Source: Antedon mediterranea (taxonomy: Eukaryota; Animalia; Echinodermata). Taken from it: 64,000 nt of DNA. Each line of letters begins with the position of its first letter. Position 1 is the stretch's first letter. Both the position numbers and the translations under genes were made by a program. The stretch is from contig NC_092672.1 in assembly GCF_964355755.1 (NCBI RefSeq), positions 496,001 to 560,000 of the forward strand, written 5' to 3'. The notes beneath the pieces are model-generated. The model searched no databases, was not told the origin of the DNA, and was given only the letters and a program-made list of their open reading frames with translations. This document shows, in pieces, positions 1-12,907 of the stretch.

Positions 1-1606
1 AAAATGGCGTACCGGCTTAAAATTTGAGGAAAATTTGGAACACTTGTCGGAAGAGAACGCCCACTGGTGGCGCTACGTAAAAAGAAACAAGAGTGTGAGA
101 AGTCTATTAGTATGAGACATCGTTTTCTATGCGCCATTAGCAAGTTTGCAATGTGCCATTATACAATACATAATATATTTGAATATCATAAGATATAATG
201 TAAATATTTAAAATTATGTTATGATTAAATAGACACTAAATATTTATTGTTCTTTTATTTTATATTATTATCTCGTACCATGTTATTTCTCTATACGAGG
301 CAGCTTTTATTTATAACGAACTTTGGACACTCACACAAAAGCACTTGAACAAAAATAAAGAAAGGGATCTTCAACACACATAGATCTGAACACTAAAAGC
401 CGAAACACATAAGCTACGTCTCTTCAAACGTTACACTTAACGTTCTAAACAAATTGGAATCTGCAAATTAACACAATAGAGCAGCACATTGAGACCACTA
501 GACCCCACGTATTTTGTTTCCAGTGGCTATAACACACAAAAATACAAACACTTTCAAGCTAAGCATAATATTAAAGCTTTGCATGATCATTAAATCTCTC
601 AACACGGTGGAGGTATACATGGTATGTGGAGCGAATCGTTATACTGCAATATCCTATACCAACTAAATTAAGGCACAACGTAAATGGTTAAACGGAAAAT
701 ATTTGATTGACAATGTAATTTTACATAGATACTGTAAACATGACAATAATTGTGTATATTTTAATTACAAAACTATAGTTAAGGTGTGTAAAAACCTTAA
801 ACATCTTGTTTTTTACCATGTTCTAATTATCATTGAAACTTTCAGTGGCTAAAAAAGTGAGATATTGATTAAATTTTTTTCATCATCGATGCAAATTATA
901 ACTTGCGTAATAATACTTATAATAAAGCTTACTAGACTACTGAACTAAAGAGTTATTTAATTATATTCCTATTTGCCTATATTTCTTATTGAGTATTTTC
1001 TTAAGGGATATGGTCTTCCAATTTCTAACAAAGAAGAATATTGGTATTATTATATTTATACTGAATTCGTTAAAGATCGATATAACACACAATGTAGCCT
1101 TTTGTGCTCCATTAATTTATTTCTATCATGAACATATGGTTTGATGAATAAAAATAATAGGGTCTAGGGTAGTCCTTGAAAATAAAGGATCAAATCACAA
1201 GTCTGGTTTCAAATTATCATACACATGATAAGGTACATAATTCAGAAGGAATATTTTTGTTTGAGTCATCCACTTCTGTCCATGATTTGTAGAGGCGTTT
1301 AGAACTAAAGATTATACCCCTACATATGAATATACAGCCTATTGATTCTATCGTTCATTTATTCTATCCTTACAATTTATTCGTCATTACAGTGCCCATA
1401 TTGTCATCCGATTCTCGCATAGTAGACCTATATCTAGAGAAAATAAAGAGAGGTGTCATGATATAGGTGTGGTTGTTCATAACCATAATTTCTTTATTCT
1501 TTATTCTTTATTAAAGACAAACCAATTGGCAGCAAATCTGCTGAATTGCATGGTAAGGGACAATATACATTCAAAAGACAAGTAAAGTATAGTCATTATT
1601 AAACAA

Positions 1607-1868
1607 GGGTGTTGTTGTCCTAAGGGCATAGCAGTTGGACTAGAGGGTAGTTTTCCTAGGGGAGGGGGGGGGGGGGATAGTTGTCCTAGGGGGTAGATTT
1701 CCGGGTGGGAGTTGTCCTAAGGGGGTAGTTGTCCTAGAGGGTAGTTGTCCTAGAGGGTAATTGTCCTAGAGGGGTAATTGTCCTAGAGGGGTAATTGTCC
1801 TAGGGGGGTAATTGTCCTAGAGGGGTAGTTGTCCTAGGGGGGTAGTTGTCCGGGTGGTCAGGATACCT
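1607..1868 (+). repeat. G-rich ~15-bp minisatellite (GGGGTAGTTGTCCTA)n, also at ~6206-6466
   Basis: Direct tandem copies; same family as 26725-27150 (reverse) and 28256-28457. Confidence 0.9.
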
Positions 1869-2052
1869 ATTTATTTTACGCATGCGCTAGTGGTGTCTCG
1901 CGTTTATTTGCATTACATTGATCGAATAGGAATTGTGGATCGAGCTTAATTCACGTCACAAAAAATGGACTTCCTAATCATCATATTATTTTCACCCTGA
2001 CGTTTTACAGGTATTTAGTTGTTGTTGCCAATACTAGTTTAGTACCGTACCA

Positions 2053-3170
2053 ATGCACTGCTTTGCCATGTTTTTGATAACTTCTTACATACTTTTGTGT
2101 TCATGTTTACTGCTGCAGTGTACACAAGGGCTTTCTTCAGACCAGGATGAACCACAAATACAAGAAATACAAGAAGTACAAGCATATGTTGGACAACAGA
2201 ACGTGAATTTGGATTGTATCGTAAGAATGCATACCAATCAGATGTTATCATGGCATTTGGTTGACCAAACATCCGATTCTAAACCGACTTCAGACACGTG
2301 GATTAAATACCCAGGTGTGTATGCTCTTCAACACGTCGATATTGTTATAAACGGGATAAGTTACAGCCGTTATACAATGGTTATAAAAAACACGAATACC
2401 GGTATGTTAAATAAGGGATTGTATAAATGCAAAGCTACAAGAGGAAGTGATAGTGTATCTGGCGACGGTGAGACTGTCGTGATAGGCATAGCAAGCTTCG
2501 TAGTTTTTGAACTATCTCCTGAACCAAAGGTTTTATGCGGTATTGCAGAAACTAATGTCAAAGGAAATATCAATTATACAGTGCATTGGCATCTATTGGT
2601 ACTATTCCAGCGAAATTTGAGATAAGGGCTATCTACAGCAATACACCTGATTCTATCGGTAGGCCTGTTAACTCTACATTTTAATAAATGCGGATTTAAT
2701 TGCGTCACAGTGGAAGTAAACATAACCCGCAATATGGATTCATTTCAGTGTGTTGTCTTTCACGATCTTCTGCCAAGCGTGATAACCAATTACACATTCT
2801 TATTCTTATTCTTTTATTGCCAAATATAAAATACATGAAAAACACGACAAAAAACCAAAACAATAGAATCAACTGAGTGAGCTGGCATGGAACACAAAAG
2901 CGAACCTAATCACTATGACTTAAAGCCTGTGTTCCCCACTCACCCAGTTTCACAAGCAATGATTATACCATCTTAAAATATAATATCAAGATTCAAAAGC
3001 TAAGTTTAAATCACAATATAAAAAATATATATAAAAAGTATTTTAAATTATATTCATAGGCCTAACATCACGTATTAATGTAAGTTACCAGCCAACATTC
3101 CAGAATATGCCAACGACATTAGAGTATGACACAGAAGGCGATTTGAAGATACTGATTAAAATAGCAGTGG
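2053..3170 (+). pseudogene. Disrupted Ig-superfamily receptor, copy 1 (paralogue of 31518 gene); intact part is signal peptide + one V-type Ig domain (190 aa)
   Basis: Signal peptide, LDC..LSW..GLYKC Ig core. After frameshifts near 2590 and 2680 homology continues (IGTIPA; VNITRNMDSFQCVVFH), is interrupted at ~2795-3060 and resumes INVSYQPTFQNMPTTLEYD, matching LNVRYSPRFESMMPSTLEYD of 31518. Acceptor ttttacag at 2010. Confidence 0.85.
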
Positions 3171-3592
3171 TACTACTTTTTCTTTGTCATACTTGGCCTA
3201 CTACTAGTGGTAGCCCTACTAGTAGTGTTTTTGATACGGCACACAAAAAAAAAGATTTAAAGGCTATGTTTATATCTTTAAGCAAACCGTTGGGGCCTAT
3301 TAAAGGAGAATTCACGTCGCAGACCCTGTTATATATATAAATTTCAGTATATCACCGGGCGGTTTCGAATTAATGTTCATTGCCTAATGTGTTTATATAT
3401 ATATATATATATATAAAAGTATCTCTCGAGATCCCGCTTAGTGAATAAATATACTGAATTATAGATGAGGGCGTATCAATTTGATCTCTGGTGCGCGTGC
3501 GTACAACTGAGGACTAGTTGTGTTCCAACCGTACCACGCCGAGAATGTTAAAGGGTCGTTATCCGATCAAGTTAAAGAACAATACCATGAAA

Positions 3593-3664
3593 GCCTCAGT
3601 GGTCTAATGGTTAGGGCAACTGCATATCAAGCAGACGGTCCGAGTTCGAGTCTCGGTTGGGGCG
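3593..3664 (+). repeat. tRNA-like cassette within a ~360-bp (TA)n-associated repeat (also 8191-8262, 11824-11893 minus, 12139-12210, truncated 12503-12525)
   Basis: A box TGGTCTAATGG, B box GTTCGAGTC, pairing acceptor and T stems, T5 run directly downstream; flanks shared among copies. Confidence 0.8.
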
Positions 3665-3784
3665 ACTTTTTCTCATTCTCCCAGATTTCCTCATCTTTAT
3701 CGTTTCAAAAAATTAATTAAATAATTTTCAGTGTATCACCGGGCGGTTTGGAATTTATTTCTATGCCTATATATATATATATAT

Positions 3785-4988
3785 GGGCAATTCCATGGTC
3801 ACTCGCATTACACATTACAGTCATTTTTGTTAGTCTAAGCTTTGTACTTTCTATACTAATTGGATTTTTAAGTCAATGTTTTATATGAACATACTTTAGG
3901 TGCAAGTCTTTAATAAAATACTATAAAAAAAATTGTATGTCTTTTACTTCGACAATGACGCCATTTTGATTAGATTTGAGAAGAACGTGTCCTTAAACTA
4001 AAAATATATGAATCAAAAGATCTTATATTTTTAATTGCTGTACTTTTAAAGTATAAAATAGGATAATAAAAAAATTCAACATTACATAGATTTAAAAAAT
4101 ATTTTACATTTTAACAAAAAAGTCCCGTCACTCGCATTACTGTCACTCGCATTACCGTAAGAAATGAAATTAGTATTTACTAAGCAAAGCAGAAAGAAAA
4201 GTAGACAATAATTAAATAATGCAACATTAAACCACTCAAAGAATGTTATATCAATTTTCAAGTAAAAACTTTTATTTCAACTCATTTGGATGAAGTTCTA
4301 AAGGACATCATCTATTTTTAACACTAACAGAATATCTTGATTTTTTACAAACACAGTAACAGAACACTTATACGGTCACTAAAAATGAAAATAGAAAATT
4401 CAAACAGCCATTTTACAAATTATGGAACTCAAAGTTCTTCGCAAACCAGCATCAAGCATTCTTTTTGCCCTGGTAGTGGCTTTAGCAAAGCCATAGCACT
4501 TCTAAAAGGTGATGGCCCGTCTGATGCCAAAGCAGCCTTCTTTGCTCTGAACTAATAGCCACACGTTTTCTATTAGCAACTTTAAGAGCATCAATCTTCT
4601 GCTTCTTCAAAGCTGGTGGCAGAGCTAGAATTTTCTCTTTTCTTTTACTTTTTTACTTCTTTTCGAAATTTCATTTTGTTTGTTTCTGTATGAGGTGTAT
4701 TTTCCCTCGGCTTTCAGTTTTTCTAGGTACTTTCTCTGTCGTTCGGCCATTTCTAAAGGCAGGATGCAAATGTGAATGATATTTTAAAATTATTTTTAAA
4801 TAATAAGCAATTATATATTTTGTTTTTAAAACTACAATGCTTTAGACCTGGTGGTGTAAAATATGCCTAGTAAATAATAATATATAAATAATAATATATA
4901 AATAACTTATTATAGCCTAGGCCTATATGCGGTGTTTTCAAATTATAGAATTTGAAATAATTAACACTAACAATATAAGAAAAAAAAA
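3785..4988 (+). mobile_element. Truncated copy (left part only) of the GGGCAATTCCATG-TIR element, cut by the duplication junction
   Basis: Matches 8383-9586 but lacks the right half and right TIR. Confidence 0.85.
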
Positions 4989-6650
4989 AATAAGAAAGCC
5001 GAAACACATAAGCTACGTCTCTTCAAACGTTACACTTAACGTTCTAAACAAATTGGAATCTGCAAATTAACACAATAGAGCAGCACATTGAGACCACTAG
5101 ACCCCACGTATTTTGTTTCCAGTGGCTATAACACACAAAAATACAAACACTTTCAAGCTAAGCATAATATTAAAGCTTTGCATGATCATTAAATCTCTCA
5201 ACACGGTGGAGGTATACATGGTATGTGGAGCGAATCGTTATACTGCAATATCCTATACCAACTAAATTAAGGCACAACGTAAATGGTTAAACGGAAAATA
5301 TTTGATTGACAATGTAATTTTACATAGATACTGTAAACATGACAATAATTGTGTATATTTTAATTACAAAACTATAGTTAAGGTGTGTAAAAACCTTAAA
5401 CATCTTGTTTTTTACCATGTTCTAATTATCATTGAAACTTTCAGTGGCTAAAAAAGTGAGATATTGATTAAATTTTTTTCATCATCGATGCAAATTATAA
5501 CTTGCGTAATAATACTTATAATAAAGCTTACTAGACTACTGAACTAAAGAGTTATTTAATTATATTCCTATTTGCCTATATTTCTTATTGAGTATTTTCT
5601 TAAGGGATATGGTCTTCCAATTTCTAACAAAGAAGAATATTGGTATTATTATATTTATACTGAATTCGTTAAAGATCGATATAACACACAATGTAGCCTT
5701 TTGTGCTCCATTAATTTATTTCTATCATGAACATATGGTTTGATGAATAAAAATAATAGGGTCTAGGGTAGTCCTTGAAAATAAAGGATCAAATCACAAG
5801 TCTGGTTTCAAATTATCATACACATGATAAGGTACATAATTCAGAAGGAATATTTTTGTTTGAGTCATCCACTTCTGTCCATGATTTGTAGAGGCGTTTA
5901 GAACTAAAGATTATACCCCTACATATGAATATACAGCCTATTGATTCTATCGTTCATTTATTCTATCCTTACAATTTATTCGTCATTACAGTGCCCATAT
6001 TGTCATCCGATTCTCGCATAGTAGACCTATATCTAGAGAAAATAAAGAGAGGTGTCATGATATAGGTGTGGTTGTTCATAACCATAATTTCTTTATTCTT
6101 TATTCTTTATTAAAGACAAACCAATTGGCAGCAAATCTGCTGAATTGCATGGTAAGGGACAATATACATTCAAAAGACAAGTAAAGTATAGTCATTATTA
6201 AACAAGGGTGTTGTTGTCCTAAGGGCATAGCAGTTGGACTAGAGGGTAGTTTTCCTAGGGGAGGGGGGGGGGGGATAGTTGTCCTAGGGGGTAGATTTCC
6301 GGGTGGGAGTTGTCCTAAGGGGGTAGTTGTCCTAGAGGGTAGTTGTCCTAGAGGGTAATTGTCCTAGAGGGGTAATTGTCCTAGAGGGGTAATTGTCCTA
6401 GGGGGGTAATTGTCCTAGAGGGGTAGTTGTCCTAGGGGGGTAGTTGTCCGGGTGGTCAGGATACCTATTTATTTTACGCATGCGCTAGTGGTGTCTCGCG
6501 TTTATTTGCATTACATTGATCGAATAGGAATTGTGGATCGAGCTTAATTCACGTCACAAAAAATGGACTTCCTAATCATCATATTATTTTCACCCTGACG
6601 TTTTACAGGTATTTAGTTGTTGTTGCCAATACTAGTTTAGTACCGTACCA

Positions 6651-7768
6651 ATGCACTGCTTTGCCATGTTTTTGATAACTTCTTACATACTTTTGTGTTC
6701 ATGTTTACTGCTGCAGTGTACACAAGGGCTTTCTTCAGACCAGGATGAACCACAAATACAAGAAATACAAGAAGTACAAGCATATGTTGGACAACAGAAC
6801 GTGAATTTGGATTGTATCGTAAGAATGCATACCAATCAGATGTTATCATGGCATTTGGTTGACCAAACATCCGATTCTAAACCGACTTCAGACACGTGGA
6901 TTAAATACCCAGGTGTGTATGCTCTTCAACACGTCGATATTGTTATAAACGGGATAAGTTACAGCCGTTATACAATGGTTATAAAAAACACGAATACCGG
7001 TATGTTAAATAAGGGATTGTATAAATGCAAAGCTACAAGAGGAAGTGATAGTGTATCTGGCGACGGTGAGACTGTCGTGATAGGCATAGCAAGCTTCGTA
7101 GTTTTTGAACTATCTCCTGAACCAAAGGTTTTATGCGGTATTGCAGAAACTAATGTCAAAGGAAATATCAATTATACAGTGCATTGGCATCTATTGGTAC
7201 TATTCCAGCGAAATTTGAGATAAGGGCTATCTACAGCAATACACCTGATTCTATCGGTAGGCCTGTTAACTCTACATTTTAATAAATGCGGATTTAATTG
7301 CGTCACAGTGGAAGTAAACATAACCCGCAATATGGATTCATTTCAGTGTGTTGTCTTTCACGATCTTCTGCCAAGCGTGATAACCAATTACACATTCTTA
7401 TTCTTATTCTTTTATTGCCAAATATAAAATACATGAAAAACACGACAAAAAACCAAAACAATAGAATCAACTGAGTGAGCTGGCATGGAACACAAAAGCG
7501 AACCTAATCACTATGACTTAAAGCCTGTGTTCCCCACTCACCCAGTTTCACAAGCAATGATTATACCATCTTAAAATATAATATCAAGATTCAAAAGCTA
7601 AGTTTAAATCACAATATAAAAAATATATATAAAAAGTATTTTAAATTATATTCATAGGCCTAACATCACGTATTAATGTAAGTTACCAGCCAACATTCCA
7701 GAATATGCCAACGACATTGGAGTATGACACAGAAGGCGATTTGAAGATACTGATTAAAATAGCAGTGG
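6651..7768 (+). pseudogene. Disrupted Ig-superfamily receptor, copy 2
   Basis: Duplicate of 2053-3170 with the same lesions. Confidence 0.85.
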
Positions 7769-8382
7769 TACTACTTTTTCTTTGTCATACTTGGCCTACT
7801 ACTAGTGGTAGCCCTACTAGTAGTGTTTTTGATACGGCACACAAAAAAAAAGATTTAAAGGCTATGTTTATATCTTTAAGCAAACCGTTGGGGCCTATTA
7901 AAGGAGAATTCACGTCGCAGACCCTGTTATATATATAAATTTCAGTATATCACCGGGCGGTTTCGAATTAATGTTCATTGCCTAATGTGTTTATATATAT
8001 ATATATATATATAAAAGTATCTCTCGAGATCCCGCTTAGTGAATAAATATACTGAATTATAGATGAGGGCGTATCAATTTGATCTCTGGTGCGCGTGCGT
8101 ACAACTGAGGACTAGTTGTGTTCCAACCGTACCACGCCGAGAATGTTAAAGGGTCGTTATCCGATCAAGTTAAAGAACAATACCATGAAAGCCTCAGTGG
8201 TCTAATGGTTAGGGCAACTGCATATCAAGCAGACGGTCCGAGTTCGAGTCTCGGTTGGGGCGACTTTTTCTCATTCTCCCAGATTTCCTCATCTTTATCG
8301 TTTCAAAAAATTAATTAAATAATTTTCAGTGTATCACCGGGCGGTTTGGAATTTATTTCTATGCCTATATATATATATATAT

Positions 8383-10523
8383 GGGCAATTCCATGGTCAC
8401 TCGCATTACACATTACAGTCATTTTTGTTAGTCTAAGCTTTGTACTTTCTATACTAATTGGATTTTTAAGTCAATGTTTTATATGAACATACTTTAGGTG
8501 CAAGTCTTTAATAAAATACTATAAAAAAAATTGTATGTCTTTTACTTCGACAATGACGCCATTTTGATTAGATTTGAGAAGAACGTGTCCTTAAACTAAA
8601 AATATATGAATCAAAAGATCTTATATTTTTAATTGCTGTACTTTTAAAGTATAAAATAGGATAATAAAAAAATTCAACATTACATAGATTTAAAAAATAT
8701 TTTACATTTTAACAAAAAAGTCCCGTCACTCGCATTACTGTCACTCGCATTACCGTAAGAAATGAAATTAGTATTTACTAAGCAAAGCAGAAAGAAAAGT
8801 AGACAATAATTAAATAATGCAACATTAAACCACTCAAAGAATGTTATATCAATTTTCAAGTAAAAACTTTTATTTCAACTCATTTGGATGAAGTTCTAAA
8901 GGACATCATCTATTTTTAACACTAACAGAATATCTTGATTTTTTACAAACACAGTAACAGAACACTTATACGGTCACTAAAAATGAAAATAGAAAATTCA
9001 AACAGCCATTTTACAAATTATGGAACTCAAAGTTCTTCGCAAACCAGCATCAAGCATTCTTTTTGCCCTGGTAGTGGCTTTAGCAAAGCCATAGCACTTC
9101 TAAAAGGTGATGGCCCGTCTGATGCCAAAGCAGCCTTCTTTGCTCTGAACTAATAGCCACACGTTTTCTATTAGCAACTTTAAGAGCATCAATCTTCTGC
9201 TTCTTCAATGCTGGTGGCAGAGCTAGAATTTTCTCTTTTCTTTTACTTTTTTACTTCTTTTCGAAATTTCATTTTGTTTGTTTCTGTATGAGGTGTATTT
9301 TCCCTCGGCTTTCAGTTTTTCTAGGTACTTTCTCTGTCGTTCGGCCATTTCTAAAGGCAGGATGCAAATGTGAATGATATTTTAAAATTATTTTTAAATA
9401 ATAAGCAATTATATATTTTGTTTTTAAAACTACAATGCTTTAGACCTGGTGGTGTAAAATATGCCTAGTAAATAATAATATATAAATAATAATATATAAA
9501 TAACTTATTATAGCCTAGGCCTATATGCGGTGTTTTCAAATTATAGAATTTGAAATAATTAACACTAACAATATAAGAAAAAAAAACTTAAAAATTGTGA
9601 TTAAATATAAATGTATACTTATTCTTACCTTCTTATCTTCACAAAAGATTGTACCAAATTTGTTAAATCTCACCAGATTTAGTGTTTTTTATTTAATGAG
9701 CTCTTATAATGATTGATTTTTCAAATGATTTTTTAACTGCAAAAAGGTCGTTGCTAGGGATTGTGCCCTCAACAAACCTAATGCTATAATTATTATACTG
9801 TAGTGCCTCCAAATAAGGGCCAAATCACACATTGTATTATGAAATTAATGTATATACTAATTCTGGGACTAATTCATAACTAATGATAGATTAATTACTA
9901 TTTTACTTTACAAAAAAAAGAGTTTTAGTAATGTCACTCGCATTACATTGTCCATTTTTGAACGTCACTCGCATTACATGTCACTCGCATTTCACTTTTC
10001 AATGTCTCAACAATTTTGTATTTACGGGGATTTTTTATTTTTATTTGTCAAATTTCAATTGTTCAAAGTAGTATAGCTAAATTATAAAATTTCATTAAAA
10101 AAAATTATCATCATGATGGTATAAAAAAAAAAATCATTTTTTTTGTCACTCGCATTACATACCCTAATATATAACAGAATATACACAGCACTCCTATATG
10201 GGATATTCAACATTTGTAGTTATATCATATTTTCCATACATCTTAAGTGTAGTACCGTATTACTTAGACATGTTACTTTATAAATATTGCTTTGTTGGGA
10301 AAATAATAATCAGTTAACGTAATTACCTATTTTTCACACCTAAAAAAAAATATATATTCAACATTGAATAAACGTAATTTTTTGGCTGCAAAAAGTCATA
10401 AATGAATTGAAAAAGTTAAAAACCTAGTTCCCACATATTCAAAGAGTAACATAAACACAAATTTTGAGCTGACTAATTAATTTGAATTTTTTTGGTCATG
10501 TCCATGTTTGCATGGAATTGCCC
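8383..10523. mobile_element. Non-autonomous DNA transposon with 13-bp TIR GGGCAATTCCATG inserted in (TA)n
   Basis: GGGCAATTCCATG at 8383 and CATGGAATTGCCC ending 10523, AT repeats both sides; repeated subterminal motif GTCACTCGCATTAC; no long ORF. Confidence 0.85.
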
Positions 10524-10634
10524 ATATATATAAACAAATCAGGCACAGAACATTAATTCTAAACCGCCCGGTTATATATATATCCAAAGGCAAATTACTG
10601 AAAAAAATGACAATGCTGTGGGTATCAGTGGCTG

Positions 10635-11757
10635 GTCATTTTGAATGATTACACCAAGAAGCGTCATGTGATCAACTACTTGTAAAATGGAACCACTCAG
10701 ACTAAAAGAAGGCGATATAATATCGTCCGACTTGTCCTTAAAAAAATTGACAACCAAGATATGGCATTTGGAGGGTTTGGGTATCATGTTATCAGATCAT
10801 CTAACATGGATTGCATGGAAGGCAAATCACCTTTGCGAACGACCTCCCCAACAGTGAGGTCATCCACATATTTCCATCATCTGCAGCAATCAACACAAGC
10901 ATCATTAATAAGTACTAGGAAAAGTACAGGGCCAAGCAATGTCCCCTGTGGGACACCACAAGTCAGTGACTTGGAAGATGACAAAATCCCAGCAAACTTG
11001 GTGTTGAGAGAACGGGAAGTGAGAAAGCTGCAGACGATGGGAATTATGGACGACCTCACACCCAGTTCAATCAACTTTATAATAATAACATTATGATTAA
11101 CACGATCAAAAGCTTTAGTAAAGTCAGTGGCACATAGGTTCACATAACATTTACCCTTCTCAACATCTTTGAGTGTAGAGTCAATAAGACTAACAAGATA
11201 GTGAGTTGAGGAAGCCTTTTTCCTACTACCAAATTGACGAGAATCTAATTTACCCTTAATATCTTCAAGAATCCACTTAACAATAAAAGATTCAAATACC
11301 CTGGCAAGAATATAGGTAAGGGAAATAGGTCTAAGGTCAGAGACAGAACTAGCATTCACAGTTTTAGGAATGGGAACTGCAGTAGCCCCTTTCCAAAGGT
11401 CGGGGAAAACACGGGGGAAAACACCATCCTTCAATGCATGATTGAAGATATCCGCAACAGGCTCAGCAAGTTCAGGAGCAAAATCTCTATATAATTTAAT
11501 AGGGGGTTCATCTGGATGGCCAGCTTTGTTAGGCTTAAGATTACAAAGGGCTTTTAGGACCTGACCAGCATATATTAAAGGTGGTGGCCCAGGGGCTGGG
11601 AGATAAGCAGGCAAATCGTTTAAATTAAGAGGAGGGATGGCATTACAAACACTAGAGAAATGGGCATTAATCTCAGAGGCAGTTTCAACTTTGGACAGCC
11701 CAGGCAAGGTGAAATTAGTATTTTTAGTCTTAAGATTACATAGTTGTTTAATACCTT
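10635..11757 (-). mobile_element. CR1/L2-group LINE reverse transcriptase fragment
   Basis: ORF 10877-11707 with DLRPISLT, QFGSRK, DFTKAFDRVNH, GVPQGTLLGPVLFLVLIND; YVDD follows a stop; PSKCHIL/LLGV motifs downstream. Confidence 0.93.
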
Positions 11758-11959
11758 AATATATATATATATATATAATTTTATACGATAAAGATGAGGA
11801 AATCTGTGGGAATGAGAAAAAGTCGCCCCAACCGAGACTCGAACTCGGACCCTGTTTGATATGCAGATGTCCTAACCATTAGACCACTGGGGCTTTCATG
11901 GTATTGTTCGAACTCGATTGGATAGCCCTCATCTTTCAGTATTTGCCTGATTTGTTTAT

Positions 11960-12525
11960 ATATATAAAAGTATCTCTTCGGAGATCCCGCCTCGTGAATT
12001 AAAATACTGAAAGATGAGGGTGTATCAATTTGATCTCTGTTGCGCGTGCGTACAACTGAGGACTAGTGCTGTTCCGCCGTACCACGCCGAGAATGTTAAA
12101 GAGTCGCTATCCAATCGAGTTCGAACAATACCATGAAAGCCCCAGTGGTCTAATGGTTAGGACATCTGCATATCAAGCAGGCGGTCTGAGTTCGAGTCTC
12201 GGTTGGGGCGACTTTTTCTCATTCTCACAGATTTTCTCATCTTTATCGTATAAAATTAATTAATTAAATTTCAGTATATCACCGGGCGGTTTAGAATTAC
12301 TGTTCTTTGCCTGATTTGTTTATATATATAAAAGTATCTCTTCAGAGATCCCGCCTCGTAAATAAAAATACTGAAAGATGAGGGCGTATCAATTTGATCT
12401 CTGTTGCGCGTGCGTACAACTGAGGACTAGTGCTGTTCCACCGTACCACGCCGAGAATGTTAAAGAGTCGCTATCCAATCGAGTTCGAACAATACCATGA
12501 AAGCCCCAGTGGTCTAATGGTTAGG
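11960..12525 (+). repeat. Head-to-tail ~360-bp tRNA-containing units separated by (TA)n
   Basis: Unit starting aaaagtatctc recurs at ~11967 and ~12330; second unit is cut inside the tRNA by the Penelope repeat. Confidence 0.85.
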
Positions 12526-12533
12526 AAAAGTTA

Positions 12534-12573
12534 GCAGACTAGCTTTCGGGCAACACTAGCCCTCCATCAGTGC
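12534..12573 (-). ncRNA. Variant minimal hammerhead ribozyme (core CUGAUGG)
   Basis: Minus strand: gca CTGATGG a GGGC tagtgtt GCCC GAAA gctag TC tgc. Confidence 0.6.
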
Positions 12574-12868
12574 AAGTGAAGGAATTTGGATAACGTCATA
12601 GTATAAAGCTGGCAAGTGCTGCCTGGGTGGACAGGAATAAAAGAAATATAACAAAGGGAGCCAGGGTGGAGTCTGAATAAGAGTAGAAAACAAAGAAGGT
12701 AGCTTGGTAGAGGATTTGAAGATGATTATATATTTATATATAAATAAAGGCAAATTACTGAAAAAAATGACAATGCTGTGGGTATCAGTGGCTGGATCTC
12801 AATGGAGATACAAAAATAAAAAGCAAAAAGCTAAATCAAAACGATAAAGTAAACAGCCTGAAAAGTTA

Positions 12869-12907
12869 GCAGAGCTTTCGGGCAACACACTAGCCCTTCA
12901 TCAGTGC
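12869..12907 (-). ncRNA. Minimal type I hammerhead ribozyme in Penelope terminal repeat
   Basis: Minus strand: gca CTGATGA a GGGC tagtgtgtt GCCC GAAA gc TC tgc; intact core, stem II, gca/tgc stem I, palindromic AGCT stem III. Confidence 0.8.

Larger units (their letters stand above)
396..9586. repeat. Near-identical ~4.6-kb tandem duplication (unit 1 ~396-4988, unit 2 ~4995-9586)
   Basis: All ORFs recur at offset 4598 with identical translation; only a few differences seen (poly-G length near 1670/6270, acatta/acattg, caaagc/caatgc). Junction lies in an A-run inside a DNA transposon. Confidence 0.97.

Noticed and set aside
3593-3664. Functional tRNA-Asp or TCA (Sec/suppressor) tRNA gene
   Set aside because: Embedded in a dispersed repeat, copies differ in stems, 7-nt loop centres on ATC not TCA, no long variable arm.
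12057-12095. CTGAGGA as hammerhead core in the tRNA-bearing unit
   Set aside because: No stem II followed by GAAA.
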